The notes under the pieces were generated by a model. It was not told the DNA's origin and did not search any database. It saw only the letters and a list, made by a program, of their open reading frames with translations. This document shows positions 1 through 10,036 of a stretch of DNA of 64,000 bases, piece after piece. The translations under genes and the position numbers were made by a program. Position 1 is the stretch's first letter; each line of letters begins with the position of its first letter. The stretch covers positions 7,669-71,668 of the forward strand of contig DATLIE010000368.1 in assembly GCA_035539635.1 (NCBI GenBank), read 5' to 3'. The DNA comes from Burkholderiaceae bacterium (GTDB lineage Bacteria > Pseudomonadota > Gammaproteobacteria > Burkholderiales > Burkholderiaceae_C).

Positions 1-531
1 CATCTGCATCATCGGCGTCGGCAGCACGCCCAGGGCCAGCAGCGCCAGCGCTGCCGAGCCCGCCAAGCCATGCAGCATCCCGACCAGCATGCTTGCCGCC
101 GGCAGCCGATGGGCATGGCGATGCGGATCGCTCGCGTGGAGGCGCTTGGGCTCGGTCGCAGCGCGCGGGGTGTGCGAGTGCCCGTGAAAGTGCGGCGCTC
201 GGCCAGCATGGCCATGGCCGTGAAAGTGCATGCGCTCCTTGTACAAGCGCCATGCCAGCCGCGCGCCGAGCACGATCAGCAGCACACCGACGGCCTGCTC
301 GAAGCGCAGGGCCCATTGCGACGGAATCACCCAGCCGAGGCCAGCCACTGCAGCAGCCACGACGAGCAGCACCAGCGAGTGGCCCAAGCCCCAGGCGGCG
401 CCCAGACGCAGCGCGCGCGCCAAAGAGTGCTCGCGCGTGGCCAGCGTCGCAACGGCGGCCAGATGGTCGGCATCGGTGGCGTGCTGCATTCCCAGCAGCA
501 ACCCCACCCCGAAAATCATGAGGATGTCCAT
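1..531 (-). CDS. Nickel/cobalt transporter (NiCoT/UreH-like), partial; C-terminus lies beyond the left edge
   Basis: Own translation from the ATG at 529-531: MDILMIFGVGLLLGMQHATDADHLAAV... It carries the HX4DH metal-transporter signature, a His-rich loop (HFHGHGHAGRAPHFHGHSH...HRHAH) and a later MLHGLAGSAA segment. It is missing from the ORF track because it runs off the window. It sits 7 nt downstream of hypB. Confidence 0.7.
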   Translation of the reverse strand, partial: MDILMIFGVGLLLGMQHATDADHLAAVATLATREHSLARALRLGAAWGLGHSLVLLVVAAAVAGLGWVIPSQWALRFEQAVGVLLIVLGARLAWRLYKERMHFHGHGHAGRAPHFHGHSHTPRAATEPKRLHASDPHRHAHRLPAASMLVGMLHGLAGSAALALLALGVLPTPMMQM

Positions 532-538
532 GGCGGAC

Positions 539-1482
<944 letters not shown>

Positions 1483-1492
<10 letters not shown>

Positions 1493-1830
1493 GTTTCCAC
1501 CTCCATCGCCTTGACGTTTAGTTCCTGGCCGGTGCGCCGACGCCAGCGGGTCGCGCCACAGTGGGCGCAAGCCGCGGGCATGGCCTCGCCGTCCGCACAT
1601 TCGGGCGTGCCACAGTCCTCGCAGAGCCAGCCTGGCGAGACCTCGACGATCTCGAGTTCGGCCGCCTCGAGCGCCGTCCCCTGCCGCACGACGCCGAAGC
1701 AGAAGCGCACCGAGTCCGGCAGCAGGGCCGTCTGCGTGCCGATCTCGAGCCACACCTTGCGCACCGGCCGGCCTTGTGCGGCCTCGGCGACGATGGCTAC
1801 GAGGTTGCGCGTGATGCCAAGTTCGTGCAT
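1483..1830 (-). CDS. hypA: Hydrogenase nickel insertion protein HypA
   Basis: MHELGITRNLV... N-terminus and two CxxC pairs (CEDCG, CAHCG). About 115 aa. 10-nt overlap with the hypB start. Confidence 0.9.
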
Positions 1831-1847
1831 GGGCCGGTCCCGGCGGA

Positions 1848-2903
1848 TCAGCAGATGCGCGGCAATTGGTCGCCGTGCAACAGATCGACCACGCGCTCGC
1901 CGCCGAAGGCCGAGCGCAGCGTCACCAGGCCGGCATGCCCGTTCGCCAGCACCTCGCCCACCACGGCGGCGTGGCGGCCCAGCGGATGCGAGCGCATCGC
2001 CGCAAGGACCGCGTCGCAGTCCTGCGGCGCCACCAGCGCCGCCAGCTTGCCCTCGTTCGCAAGATATAGCGGATCGAGCCCCAGCATCTCGCAGGCGCCG
2101 CGCACCACGTCGGCCACCGGCAGTGCGGACTCTTCCAGGCGCAGGGGCATGTGGCTTTCGGCGGCGAACTCGTTGGCCACTGTCGCCAGGCCGCCGCGCG
2201 TGCAATCGCGCAGCCAGCGCAGGCGCGGCGCGGCGGCGAACATGGCTTCGATCAGCCCGTTCAGCGGCGCACAGTCGCTTTGCACGGGAATCTGCAGCGC
2301 CATGTCGTCGCGCGCGGCCAGCACGGCCACGCCGTGGTCGCCGAGGGTGCCGTTGACGATCAGCCGGTCACCAGGCCGCACCTCGCGCGCGCCGGTCTGG
2401 CGCCCCGCGGCAATGGTGCCGATGCCCGCGGTGTTGATGAACAGCCCGTCGGCGGCTCCGCGTTCAACGACCTTGGTGTCGCCGGTGACGATGACCACGC
2501 CCGCCTCGCGCGCGCTGCGCGCCATGCTGTGCAACACCTTGCGCAGGGTGTCGAAGGGCAGGCCTTCTTCCAGGATCAGGCCGCAGCTGAGCCAGCGTGG
2601 GGTGGCGCCGCCGACGGCCAGATCGTTGACCGTGCCGCAGACGGCGAGCGTGCCGATGTCGCCGCCAGGGAACTCCAGCGGCGAGACCACGTAGCTGTCG
2701 GTCGTGAACGCCAGCGAAGCGCCCGTCGGAATCTCGCTGTAGGGAAAGCGTGCCTGGTCTTCCAGCGGCGCCAGCCAGCCATTGTCGAAGACCGGTGCGA
2801 TGAGCCCTGCGACCAGCTCGCGCATCGCGCGTCCGCCAGCACCGTGCGCGAGCGTCACGCGCTTGCCGGTCCAGGCGTCCTTGGGCGTGGGGGTCGGCGT
2901 CAT
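1848..2903 (-). CDS. hypE: Hydrogenase maturation protein HypE (carbamoyl dehydratase)
   Basis: 351 aa, AIR-synthase-like fold signature, C-terminal ...GDQLPRIC (HypE PRIC motif). Its ATG overlaps the hypD stop (ATGA). Confidence 0.95.
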   Translation of the reverse strand: MTPTPTPKDAWTGKRVTLAHGAGGRAMRELVAGLIAPVFDNGWLAPLEDQARFPYSEIPTGASLAFTTDSYVVSPLEFPGGDIGTLAVCGTVNDLAVGGATPRWLSCGLILEEGLPFDTLRKVLHSMARSAREAGVVIVTGDTKVVERGAADGLFINTAGIGTIAAGRQTGAREVRPGDRLIVNGTLGDHGVAVLAARDDMALQIPVQSDCAPLNGLIEAMFAAAPRLRWLRDCTRGGLATVANEFAAESHMPLRLEESALPVADVVRGACEMLGLDPLYLANEGKLAALVAPQDCDAVLAAMRSHPLGRHAAVVGEVLANGHAGLVTLRSAFGGERVVDLLHGDQLPRIC

Positions 2904-4039
2904 GCCGCTACCCCGATCGGGATCACCGGTTCACGGCGCGCGAACTGGTAGTAGGCCGCGCAAGCCCCTTCGCTGCTGACCATCAGCGCGCCGAGCGGCG
3001 TCTGCGGCGTGCAGGCGGTGCCGAACACCTTGCACTGCGGCGGCTTGATCGCCCCCTTCAGCACCTCGCCGCACTGGCAGCTCTTCGGGTCGGCAATGCG
3101 CGCGCCGGGAACAGAAAAGCGGCGCTCGGCGTCGTAGGCCGCGTAGGCCTCGCGCACCCGCACGCCCGAGTGGTCGATCGAGCCCAGGCCGCGCCACTCG
3201 AAGAACTCGCGTAGCTCGAAGACCTCGGTGATCGCCTCAAGCCCCGCTGCGTTGCCGCCCGGGTCGACGAGGCGCGCGTACTGGTTCTCGACCGCGGCGC
3301 GGCCCTGCTCGAGCTGGCGCAGCACCATCAGCAGGCTTTGCAGGATGTCGGTCGGCTCGAAGCCCGAGATCACGAGCGGCCGACCGTACTCGACGGCGAT
3401 GAACTCGAAGGGCGCCGTTCCCGAGACCATCGCCACATGGCCGGGACCGAGGAAGCCGTCGATCGTCATACCCGGCGAGTCGAGGATGGCTTTGATCGTC
3501 GGCACGATCGTGATGTGGTTGCAGAACAGCGAGAAGTTGTCGATGCCGCGCCGCTTCGCCTCGAGCACCGTCATCGCGGTGGAGGGCATGGTGGTCTCGA
3601 AGCCGAGTGCGAAGAACACCACGTCGCGGCTCGGGTTCGCCGCCGCGATTTCGAGCGCGTCCAGTGGCGAATAAACCATGCGCACATCGGCGCCGTCGGC
3701 GCGCGCCTGCAGCAGCGAGCCCTTGGAGCCGGGCACGCGCATCGCGTCGCCAAAGGTCGTGAAGATGACACCGGGCTGATTCGCGATCGCCACGCAGTCG
3801 TCCACGCGGCCCATCGGCAGCACGCACACGGGGCAGCCCGGGCCATGCACGAACTCGAGCGCGGGCGGGATCAGGTCCTTCAGCGCATAACGAAAGATCG
3901 AGTGGGTGTGGCCGCCGCACACCTCCATGATCTGCAGCGGGCGTTCACGGCTCGCGCCCAGGCGCACGGTCGCGCCGGCAATTTCGCGCAGCAACGCGCG
4001 CGCGGCCAGCGGATCGCGGAATTCATCGACGTACTTCAT
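2900..4039 (-). CDS. hypD: Hydrogenase maturation protein HypD
   Basis: Starts MKYVDEFRDP; contains MEVCGGHTHSI and GPGCPVCV. About 379 aa. The longer ORF in the track is upstream read-through. Confidence 0.95.
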   Translation of the reverse strand: MKYVDEFRDPLAARALLREIAGATVRLGASRERPLQIMEVCGGHTHSIFRYALKDLIPPALEFVHGPGCPVCVLPMGRVDDCVAIANQPGVIFTTFGDAMRVPGSKGSLLQARADGADVRMVYSPLDALEIAAANPSRDVVFFALGFETTMPSTAMTVLEAKRRGIDNFSLFCNHITIVPTIKAILDSPGMTIDGFLGPGHVAMVSGTAPFEFIAVEYGRPLVISGFEPTDILQSLLMVLRQLEQGRAAVENQYARLVDPGGNAAGLEAITEVFELREFFEWRGLGSIDHSGVRVREAYAAYDAERRFSVPGARIADPKSCQCGEVLKGAIKPPQCKVFGTACTPQTPLGALMVSSEGACAAYYQFARREPVIPIGVAA

Positions 4040-4773
4040 GGGGTTCTTCCTTTCGGGGCCGACGCGCGCGCCGGCCGGTCGTCGGCCAGCAGGCTGTGCA
4101 CGAGGTCCCACAGCACGTGGTAGATCGCCACATGCGTCTCCTGGATGCGGTGGATGCTGTCGCTGTCCACGAGCAGGGTCAGATCGACGCTCGCCGAGCG
4201 CGCCATCGCGCCGCCATCGCCACCAGCCAGCGCCAGCGTGCTGGCTTGCAGTTCGTGCGCGGCCTCGAGACCGCGCAGCACATTGCGCGAGTTGCCGCTG
4301 GTGGACACGCCCAGCACCATGTCGCCGGCCCTCACCAGACCCGGCATCTGGCGCGCGAACACCTCGTCGAAGCCGACGTCGTTGCCGACGGCGGTCAGCA
4401 TGGCCATGTCCTGCGCCAGGTTGTGCGCCGGCAGCGCGGGGCGCCCGGCGGTCACGGGATGCTGGAACTCGACGGCGACATGCGCGGCGTCGCAGCTGGA
4501 GCCGCCGTTGCCCATGGTGTACAGGCGCCCGCCGCGACGAAAGACCTCGGCCATTAGCTGGGCCGCACGCAGCACATCGTTGCCGTGAGCATCGAAGAAT
4601 CGCGTCTTCACAGCCACGCTGTCTCGCCACTTGGCGACCATCGCTTCGCGCAGCGCCGCTTCGAGGCGCAGTGCGTCGCGTGCGTCGTGCGCCGCGTCGC
4701 CCATGGTCGCCGCGCGAGGCGCCAGATGGGGGTACAGGGCGCCGAGTGCCGCCTTGTCCTTCGATGCGTTCAC
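4036..4773 (-). CDS. SIS-domain protein (GmhA/DiaA-like sugar isomerase fold) embedded in the hyp operon
   Basis: GGRLYTMGNGGSSCDAAHVAVEF... and VLGVSTSGNSRNV are typical SIS motifs. The GTG start at 4771-4773 overlaps the hypC stop (GTGA); an alternative ATG lies at 4702-4704. Its stop overlaps the hypD start. Confidence 0.7.
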   Translation of the reverse strand: MNASKDKAALGALYPHLAPRAATMGDAAHDARDALRLEAALREAMVAKWRDSVAVKTRFFDAHGNDVLRAAQLMAEVFRRGGRLYTMGNGGSSCDAAHVAVEFQHPVTAGRPALPAHNLAQDMAMLTAVGNDVGFDEVFARQMPGLVRAGDMVLGVSTSGNSRNVLRGLEAAHELQASTLALAGGDGGAMARSASVDLTLLVDSDSIHRIQETHVAIYHVLWDLVHSLLADDRPARASAPKGRTP

Positions 4774-5051
4774 ACCACGGCCCGCGTCTTGTAGCTCTCG
4801 AGTTCGGCCTGCGCGTCGCCGAGTTCCTTGAGCAGTTGCAGCGTCAGCATCGCCTCGCGCTCGTCGACGCGGTTCATCGCGAAGCCCACGTGGACCAGCA
4901 CCCAGGCGCCGATGCACTCCTCGAGTGGCTCGCCTTCGCGAACGATGCAGGCGATGTTGATCTCGCGCTTGACGCCGAGCACATCCACCAAAGCGAGCTT
5001 GGCTTCGGGGCGCGTGATGGCCTCGATACGGCCCGGGATGCCTAGACACAT
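4770..5051 (-). CDS. hypC: Hydrogenase assembly chaperone HypC
   Basis: MCLGIPGRIEAI... N-terminus, 93 aa. Its start overlaps the hypF stop by 10 nt. Confidence 0.9.
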   Translation of the reverse strand: MCLGIPGRIEAITRPEAKLALVDVLGVKREINIACIVREGEPLEECIGAWVLVHVGFAMNRVDEREAMLTLQLLKELGDAQAELESYKTRAVV

Positions 5052-7471
5052 GGGGGCGTCTCCTGTCGTTGTTCGTTCTGGCTGGCGCGGGCCAGCGCAA
5101 TCAGCGCCTGGCCCCAGGCCAGCCCGCCGTCGTTCACCGGCACCTGGCGCGGCAGCAGGGCCTTCAGGCCCGCCGCCTCGAGCCCGCGCAGGACGAGCTC
5201 GGTGAGCACCTTGTTCTGGAACACGCCGCCGCCCAGGGCGACGGTTGTCAGCTCGTGACGTTCGGCCTCTTGCTGCGCCATGCGCACGATGACCGCTGCC
5301 AGCCCGCGGTGAAAGCGTGCAGCGATGCGGGCCGCGGGTGTGGCGAGAATCAGATCGCCGAGCAGGGCCTGCCACATGCCCAGCGGCTCGACATAGGGCA
5401 GGCCCTTGCCCTTGTCCAGGCGAGGGATCGCGAACGGGTAGTCGAGTTCGGCGCTCTCGTCGAGGTCTTGCGCGGTGACCAGCGACTCCAGGCGCATCGC
5501 CGCCTCGCCTTCGTAGGCCACCTGCTCGCGGCAGACGCCGATTGCGGCCGCCACCGCATCGAACAGGCGCCCGACGCTGCTGGCGCGTGGCGCCAGGGCC
5601 GGGTTGGCGAGCATCGCATCGAGCATCTCGCGCGGCTTGGCGCTCAGAAAGTGGTGCAGCTCCAACTCGTCGTAGTTGCTGGTGAAGCGCGGCCAACCCA
5701 TCTCGGCCATCAACTGCGCATAGGTGTTGCGCCAGGGCTCGCGTGCCGCCAGGTCGCCGCCCGGCAGGCACACCGGTTTGAAGGTGCCCACGCGTTGCGC
5801 CTGCCGGTAATCGGCGAGCAGGAACTCGCCGCCCCAGAAGCTGCCGTCCTCGCCCATGCCGATGCCGTCGAGCGCGATGCCGAGCACCTTGCCGCCGTGC
5901 AGCGGCCACCCGTGTTCGCCCAGGCACGCGGCGATGTGCGCATGGTGGTGACCGACGCCGACCTGTCGGTCGGGCCAGCGCTCCTGCGCGTGCTGCGTCG
6001 AGGCATAACCCGGGTGCAGATCGCAGGCAACGAGATCGGGCTCGAAGGCGTAGAACGCGAGGTAGTCGGCCAGCGCGCGCCGCTGGTCGGCCAAGCAGGC
6101 GGCGTCGTGCAGGTCGCCGATGTGCTGCGAGAGCACGCCTTGCCCGTCGCGCACCAGCGCGAAGGTATTCTTCAGGTCACCGCCGAGCGCCAGCACCTTG
6201 GTGCGGTGGTCGAAGCCCTTGGGCAGCGGCAGCGGCGCCGGGGCATAGCCACGCGCGCGCCGCATCACCCGCAAGGCACCGCCGACGACGCGCCCGACCG
6301 AGTCGTCCACCCGCCGCTGGATCGCACGGTCGTGGTCGAGCACCCACGCGATGGAGGGGCCCAGGCGGGCCGCAGCATCGTCCAGCCGGATCGCCTGCGG
6401 CTCTTCGCTCAGGTTGCCACTGGTCAGCACGATCGGCGCCTTGCGGCGCCGCATCAGCAGCAGGTGCAGCGCGGTGTTCGGCAGCATCACGCCGAGCGTG
6501 GGCAGGCCGGGTGCGACGCCGTCGGCCAGCGGTGCATCGGCGCGCCGCGGCAGCAGCACGATCGGCGCTGCCGGGCTGGCGAGCGCGGCTTCGGCCACGT
6601 CGTCGCTCAGGCACCACTGGCGCGCCATTTCGATGTCACGCACCAGCAACGCGAAGGGCTTGCCTTCGCGGCGCTTGAGTGCTCGCAACCGCGCTACCGC
6701 GTCGGCGCGTGTCGCGTCGCAAGCGATCTGGTAGCCGCCCAGGCCCTTGACCAGCACCAACTCGCCGCGGCCCAGCAACGAAGTGGCGCCATCCGCGTCG
6801 TCGAGCGCGGTCAAGGCCTCCAGGCTAAAGGGCTTGCCGTCGATCCGGCGCAACGTGGCGCGCGGGCCGCAGGCGTGGCAGGCCATTGCCTGGGCGTGGA
6901 AGCGCCGGTCGTCGGTGTCGGCGTACTCGCGCGCGCAGGCCGCGCACAGCGGGAAGGGCGCCATCGTCGTGTGCGCGCGGTCGTAGGGGGCGCGTTCGAA
7001 CACGCTGAGGCGCGGGCCGCAGGCGGTGCACGCGGTGAACGCATAGCGATAGCGGCGCGCGAAAGGATCCAGCGTCTCGGCGCAACACGCCGGGCAGATG
7101 GCCCAGTCGGGCGCCACGCCGAGGCCCGGCTGCGCCAGCGCGCTGTCGGCGATCGAGAACGTCGAAGGCAGCGCCGCCGGCACGGCGAGCGGCTGCGCGA
7201 GCAGTGCATCGATACGGGTGCCGCCGTGGTCGAGCGTGCGCAGGCGTTGCTCGAACTCGGCGAGCGCCGGCTCCGGGCCAAAGGCTTCGACGATGGCCAT
7301 CGTGCCTTCGTTGTGAACGCTGCCCACCACGCCGAGCGCGCGCGCCAGGCGCAGCGCCTGCGGTCGGAAGCCGACCCCCTGAACGATGCCGCGCACCTTC
7401 AAGCGTGCGCCGTACATCGGCGCCCCATGTGGTCGATCGGTCAGCGCTGTGGTCGTGGGCACAGCGCTCAT
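5042..7471 (-). CDS. hypF: Carbamoyltransferase HypF
   Basis: Acylphosphatase-like N-terminus (VRGIVQGVGFRP), two CxxC-x18-CxxC zinc fingers, and YrdC- and Kae1-like regions. The ATG overlaps the stop of the NHL gene (ATGA). Confidence 0.95.
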   Translation of the reverse strand: MSAVPTTTALTDRPHGAPMYGARLKVRGIVQGVGFRPQALRLARALGVVGSVHNEGTMAIVEAFGPEPALAEFEQRLRTLDHGGTRIDALLAQPLAVPAALPSTFSIADSALAQPGLGVAPDWAICPACCAETLDPFARRYRYAFTACTACGPRLSVFERAPYDRAHTTMAPFPLCAACAREYADTDDRRFHAQAMACHACGPRATLRRIDGKPFSLEALTALDDADGATSLLGRGELVLVKGLGGYQIACDATRADAVARLRALKRREGKPFALLVRDIEMARQWCLSDDVAEAALASPAAPIVLLPRRADAPLADGVAPGLPTLGVMLPNTALHLLLMRRRKAPIVLTSGNLSEEPQAIRLDDAAARLGPSIAWVLDHDRAIQRRVDDSVGRVVGGALRVMRRARGYAPAPLPLPKGFDHRTKVLALGGDLKNTFALVRDGQGVLSQHIGDLHDAACLADQRRALADYLAFYAFEPDLVACDLHPGYASTQHAQERWPDRQVGVGHHHAHIAACLGEHGWPLHGGKVLGIALDGIGMGEDGSFWGGEFLLADYRQAQRVGTFKPVCLPGGDLAAREPWRNTYAQLMAEMGWPRFTSNYDELELHHFLSAKPREMLDAMLANPALAPRASSVGRLFDAVAAAIGVCREQVAYEGEAAMRLESLVTAQDLDESAELDYPFAIPRLDKGKGLPYVEPLGMWQALLGDLILATPAARIAARFHRGLAAVIVRMAQQEAERHELTTVALGGGVFQNKVLTELVLRGLEAAGLKALLPRQVPVNDGGLAWGQALIALARASQNEQRQETPPCV

Positions 7472-8649
7472 CACGCGACGTCCCACAACAGGACGCGGTT
7501 GTTGCCTGAGTCGACGATGATCGCGGTGTTGCCTTGAATCGCGATGGCATACGGCCAGCACAGCGAGTCTCGGGTTGCCGCCTGCCAGCGGTTGTCGCCC
7601 TTGTCGACAAAACTGGCCTGCCCGGCCACCGCGCGCGCCTCGCGCTCGGCAGGCGCGTCCAAGCGCAGCACGCGCGAGTTGGCGGTATCGGCGACGAAGA
7701 GCCGGTCTTCATGCACCGCCAGGCCGTAAGGCATGTTCAGGCTGCGGGCGCTGGGAAAGTATTCGCCACGGTTGTGATCCAGCGCGTCGATCTCGCCCTG
7801 ACCAATGATGAGGTCGCTGCGCGCCATGTCGCTGTCCGGGTCGCCGAGCCACAGCAGCAGGCGGTTGTTGCCGGCATCGGCCACGCACAGATAGCCCTGC
7901 CACAGCGCCAGCGCATGCGGCCAGCGCATCGTGGCTTGCGTCACACCACCAGCGTTCTCGTCGCGGTGCACGAAGTCCGGCTGGCCGAGCACGAGGTTGG
8001 CGGGCTGCCCGTCACGCGCCGGCAGGCCGTCGAAGCGCAGCACGCGGCGGTTGCCGGTGTCGGCCACCCACAGGCGCGCACCGTCCCAGAACACGCCATA
8101 CGGCCAGTGCAGGGTGTCGGCCGCAGGCGTGTCGAGCCCGCGGTTGGCCAGCCCGGCGTGCGCATCGGCCTGGCCCAGCACCACGTCGGCCGGCTGCCGG
8201 CTGTGCCGCGGCGCGCGGCGCCAGATCAGCACGCGGTGGTTCCACGCGTCGGCGACCGCAAGGCCCTCGCCGCAGGCACACACGCCGGTGGGCACATTCA
8301 AGCTCGCGCCGCTGACCTCGGCATGCGCATTGCGGCCTTCGTGGTCGAAGCCGGGCTGTCCGATCACCCACGAAGCCGGTTCGCCGTCGCTGGTCGGCAC
8401 CGCCGGCCAGCCCAGCAGCCGGTGGTGACCCGTGTCGGCGACCCACAAGGCGCCGTCGGCGGTCACCGCGGCGCCGCGCGGTCCGAACAGGGTGTTCGCG
8501 GCCGGCGTCAGGGCCGCGCCGGACAGCGGGTCGTGCAGGCCGAGGATGACTCGCGCGCCGGCCGCGGCAAGCGCCGGCGCGGCGGCTGCGCGCTCGCGCG
8601 GCCGCGCGAGCGACACCTTGAGCGGCGCGGCAGCCAAGGTGCCGCTCAC
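7471..8649 (-). CDS. NHL-repeat beta-propeller protein (six blades)
   Basis: Six repeats of the type hWVADTGNxRVLxW (ALWVADTGHHRLLGW, LAVADAWNHRVLIW, LWVADTGNRRVLRF, LCVADAGNNRLLLW, LFVADTANSRVLRL, AIIVDSGNNRVLLW). The GTG start overlaps the upstream stop (GTGA). Confidence 0.8.
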   Translation of the reverse strand: MSGTLAAAPLKVSLARPRERAAAAPALAAAGARVILGLHDPLSGAALTPAANTLFGPRGAAVTADGALWVADTGHHRLLGWPAVPTSDGEPASWVIGQPGFDHEGRNAHAEVSGASLNVPTGVCACGEGLAVADAWNHRVLIWRRAPRHSRQPADVVLGQADAHAGLANRGLDTPAADTLHWPYGVFWDGARLWVADTGNRRVLRFDGLPARDGQPANLVLGQPDFVHRDENAGGVTQATMRWPHALALWQGYLCVADAGNNRLLLWLGDPDSDMARSDLIIGQGEIDALDHNRGEYFPSARSLNMPYGLAVHEDRLFVADTANSRVLRLDAPAEREARAVAGQASFVDKGDNRWQAATRDSLCWPYAIAIQGNTAIIVDSGNNRVLLWDVA

Positions 8650-9530
8650 GTCGGCGCTCCCAGCTTCACCGCGACGCGTCCGCCGCGCACGCGAACGGCG
8701 TGAACCACCAACTGCACCTCGGGCACGTCGAGGCATTCGCCGGTGTCCAGGCGGTAGCGGAAGCCGTGATGCGGGCACTCGATCACGCCATCACTGACGG
8801 CGCCGTCGTCCAGTGGCATGCCGAGGTGCGCGCAGGCGTTGGCCACGCAGAACACCTGCGAGCCGTCGCGGTACAGCAGCAAGGCCTCATCGCGCAGCGA
8901 ACGCGCCGCCACCTGGCCTTGCGGCAGTTCGTCCACGGCGCAAAGATCGACGAAGCCAAGATCCTCCGCCTTGGCGAAGGGGCTGACGAAGTGGATCGGC
9001 ACCGCTTCGCCGGGCGCCCGCGTTTCAGCCGAGCGCCGCACCTGGACGACTCGGACGATCTCCGGCGCGTGCTCCTTGATCGCACGCTCCACGCCTTCGG
9101 ACAGCGTCTGGCCCGATGCCGGACAGCTTTGGCAGCTGCCGGTCAAGCGCACCTCGACGGTGTCGGGCAGCTTGATCGCCACCAGCTCCACGCCGCCGGC
9201 ATGCTCAGCCAGCATCGGCGCCACCGATTCCAGCGCCGCGCGGACCCGCGCCTCGAGCGGCTCGCGCACCAGGCCATGCAGCCGCAGGACGCCATAGATG
9301 AACGGGTCCGACGCCAGCTCGCGCAGCCGGGCCGCGGCAGCCGGCTCTTCGCGCAGCCCTTTGAGCAGGCGCACGAGCGCCTCGCGGTGCAGGGCCTCGA
9401 TGGCGCCACGCAGGTTGTCGAGCACGGCGCGCTGCTCCAACGGCCAGGCCTGGCCGATGGCCTGAAGCGCCGCCACCTCGGTGGCCATGTGGGCCAGCCG
9501 CTCGCCGTCGTCGTGGGTCGCCGCGTTCAC
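8646..9530 (-). CDS. NifU-like domain fused to a Rieske-type [2Fe-2S] domain
   Basis: The central LTGSCQSCPASGQTL is the CxxC of the Nfu/NifU C-terminal type. The C-terminal CAHLGMPL-x-CPHHGFRY is the Rieske pattern CxH...CxxH. The start is uncertain: GTG at 9530 or ATG at 9488. Confidence 0.8.
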   Translation of the reverse strand: MNAATHDDGERLAHMATEVAALQAIGQAWPLEQRAVLDNLRGAIEALHREALVRLLKGLREEPAAAARLRELASDPFIYGVLRLHGLVREPLEARVRAALESVAPMLAEHAGGVELVAIKLPDTVEVRLTGSCQSCPASGQTLSEGVERAIKEHAPEIVRVVQVRRSAETRAPGEAVPIHFVSPFAKAEDLGFVDLCAVDELPQGQVAARSLRDEALLLYRDGSQVFCVANACAHLGMPLDDGAVSDGVIECPHHGFRYRLDTGECLDVPEVQLVVHAVRVRGGRVAVKLGAPT

Positions 9531-9550
9531 AGAGCTGCGCCTCGGGTTCG

Positions 9551-9769
9551 TCAGTTGTACTTGAGGTTGCGGAACAGCCACGGCATCAGCGCGCCGCCGA
9601 TGGCGCCACCGGCCACCATGCCGAGCCACGGGTTCACCCAGCCGAGCGCGAGCATCAGCAGTAGTGACACGGCAAAGCCGGCGCCGAGCTGGCGGAAGAA
9701 CGCCCAGTTGTCGCGGAACAGCTTGCCGCCGACGAACAGCTTGATCGAGTTGAGCAACATATCGAACAT
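9551..9769 (-). CDS. Small membrane protein (72 aa), unknown family
   Basis: AAGGAG lies 5 nt upstream of the ATG. The central segment is hydrophobic (FAVSLLLMLALGWVNPWLGMVAGGAIGGALMPWLF). Co-directional within the operon. Confidence 0.5.
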   Translation of the reverse strand: MFDMLLNSIKLFVGGKLFRDNWAFFRQLGAGFAVSLLLMLALGWVNPWLGMVAGGAIGGALMPWLFRNLKYN

Positions 9770-9788
9770 CGTTTGCTCCTTGCCGCGT

Positions 9789-9980
9789 TCAGCGCAAAGC
9801 GTGCATCAGCACGGCCACCACCGCGGCGGGGACCACTGCGGCGAGGCCGAAGAAGGCGCCCATGAAGGCGGCCATCTCGTTGCCCATCGCCTGGCCGCCG
9901 AGCTTCACCCCGGTTGCGGCGCCGCCTGCCGCGCCCGCCAGCACGGCGGCCAAGCACATCAATACGAGGGTCACAGTCAT
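9789..9980 (-). CDS. Small Gly/Ala-rich membrane protein (about 63 aa), unknown family
   Basis: MTVTLVLMCLAAVLAGAAGG...FFGLAAVVPAAVVAVLM. GGAG lies about 8 nt upstream of this internal ATG. The track ORF begins earlier, at 10040. Confidence 0.45.
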   Translation of the reverse strand: MTVTLVLMCLAAVLAGAAGGAATGVKLGGQAMGNEMAAFMGAFFGLAAVVPAAVVAVLMHALR

Positions 9981-10036
9981 CGTCTGCTCCATGTTGATCA
10001 ACGGTTCAATTGGTGGTCCTGAAGCCCGAGTTCTGG

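Noticed and set aside
5069-7537. 822-aa plus-strand ORF
   Set aside because: It lies antisense to hypF. It is a low-complexity R/A/G-rich translation and a shadow ORF.
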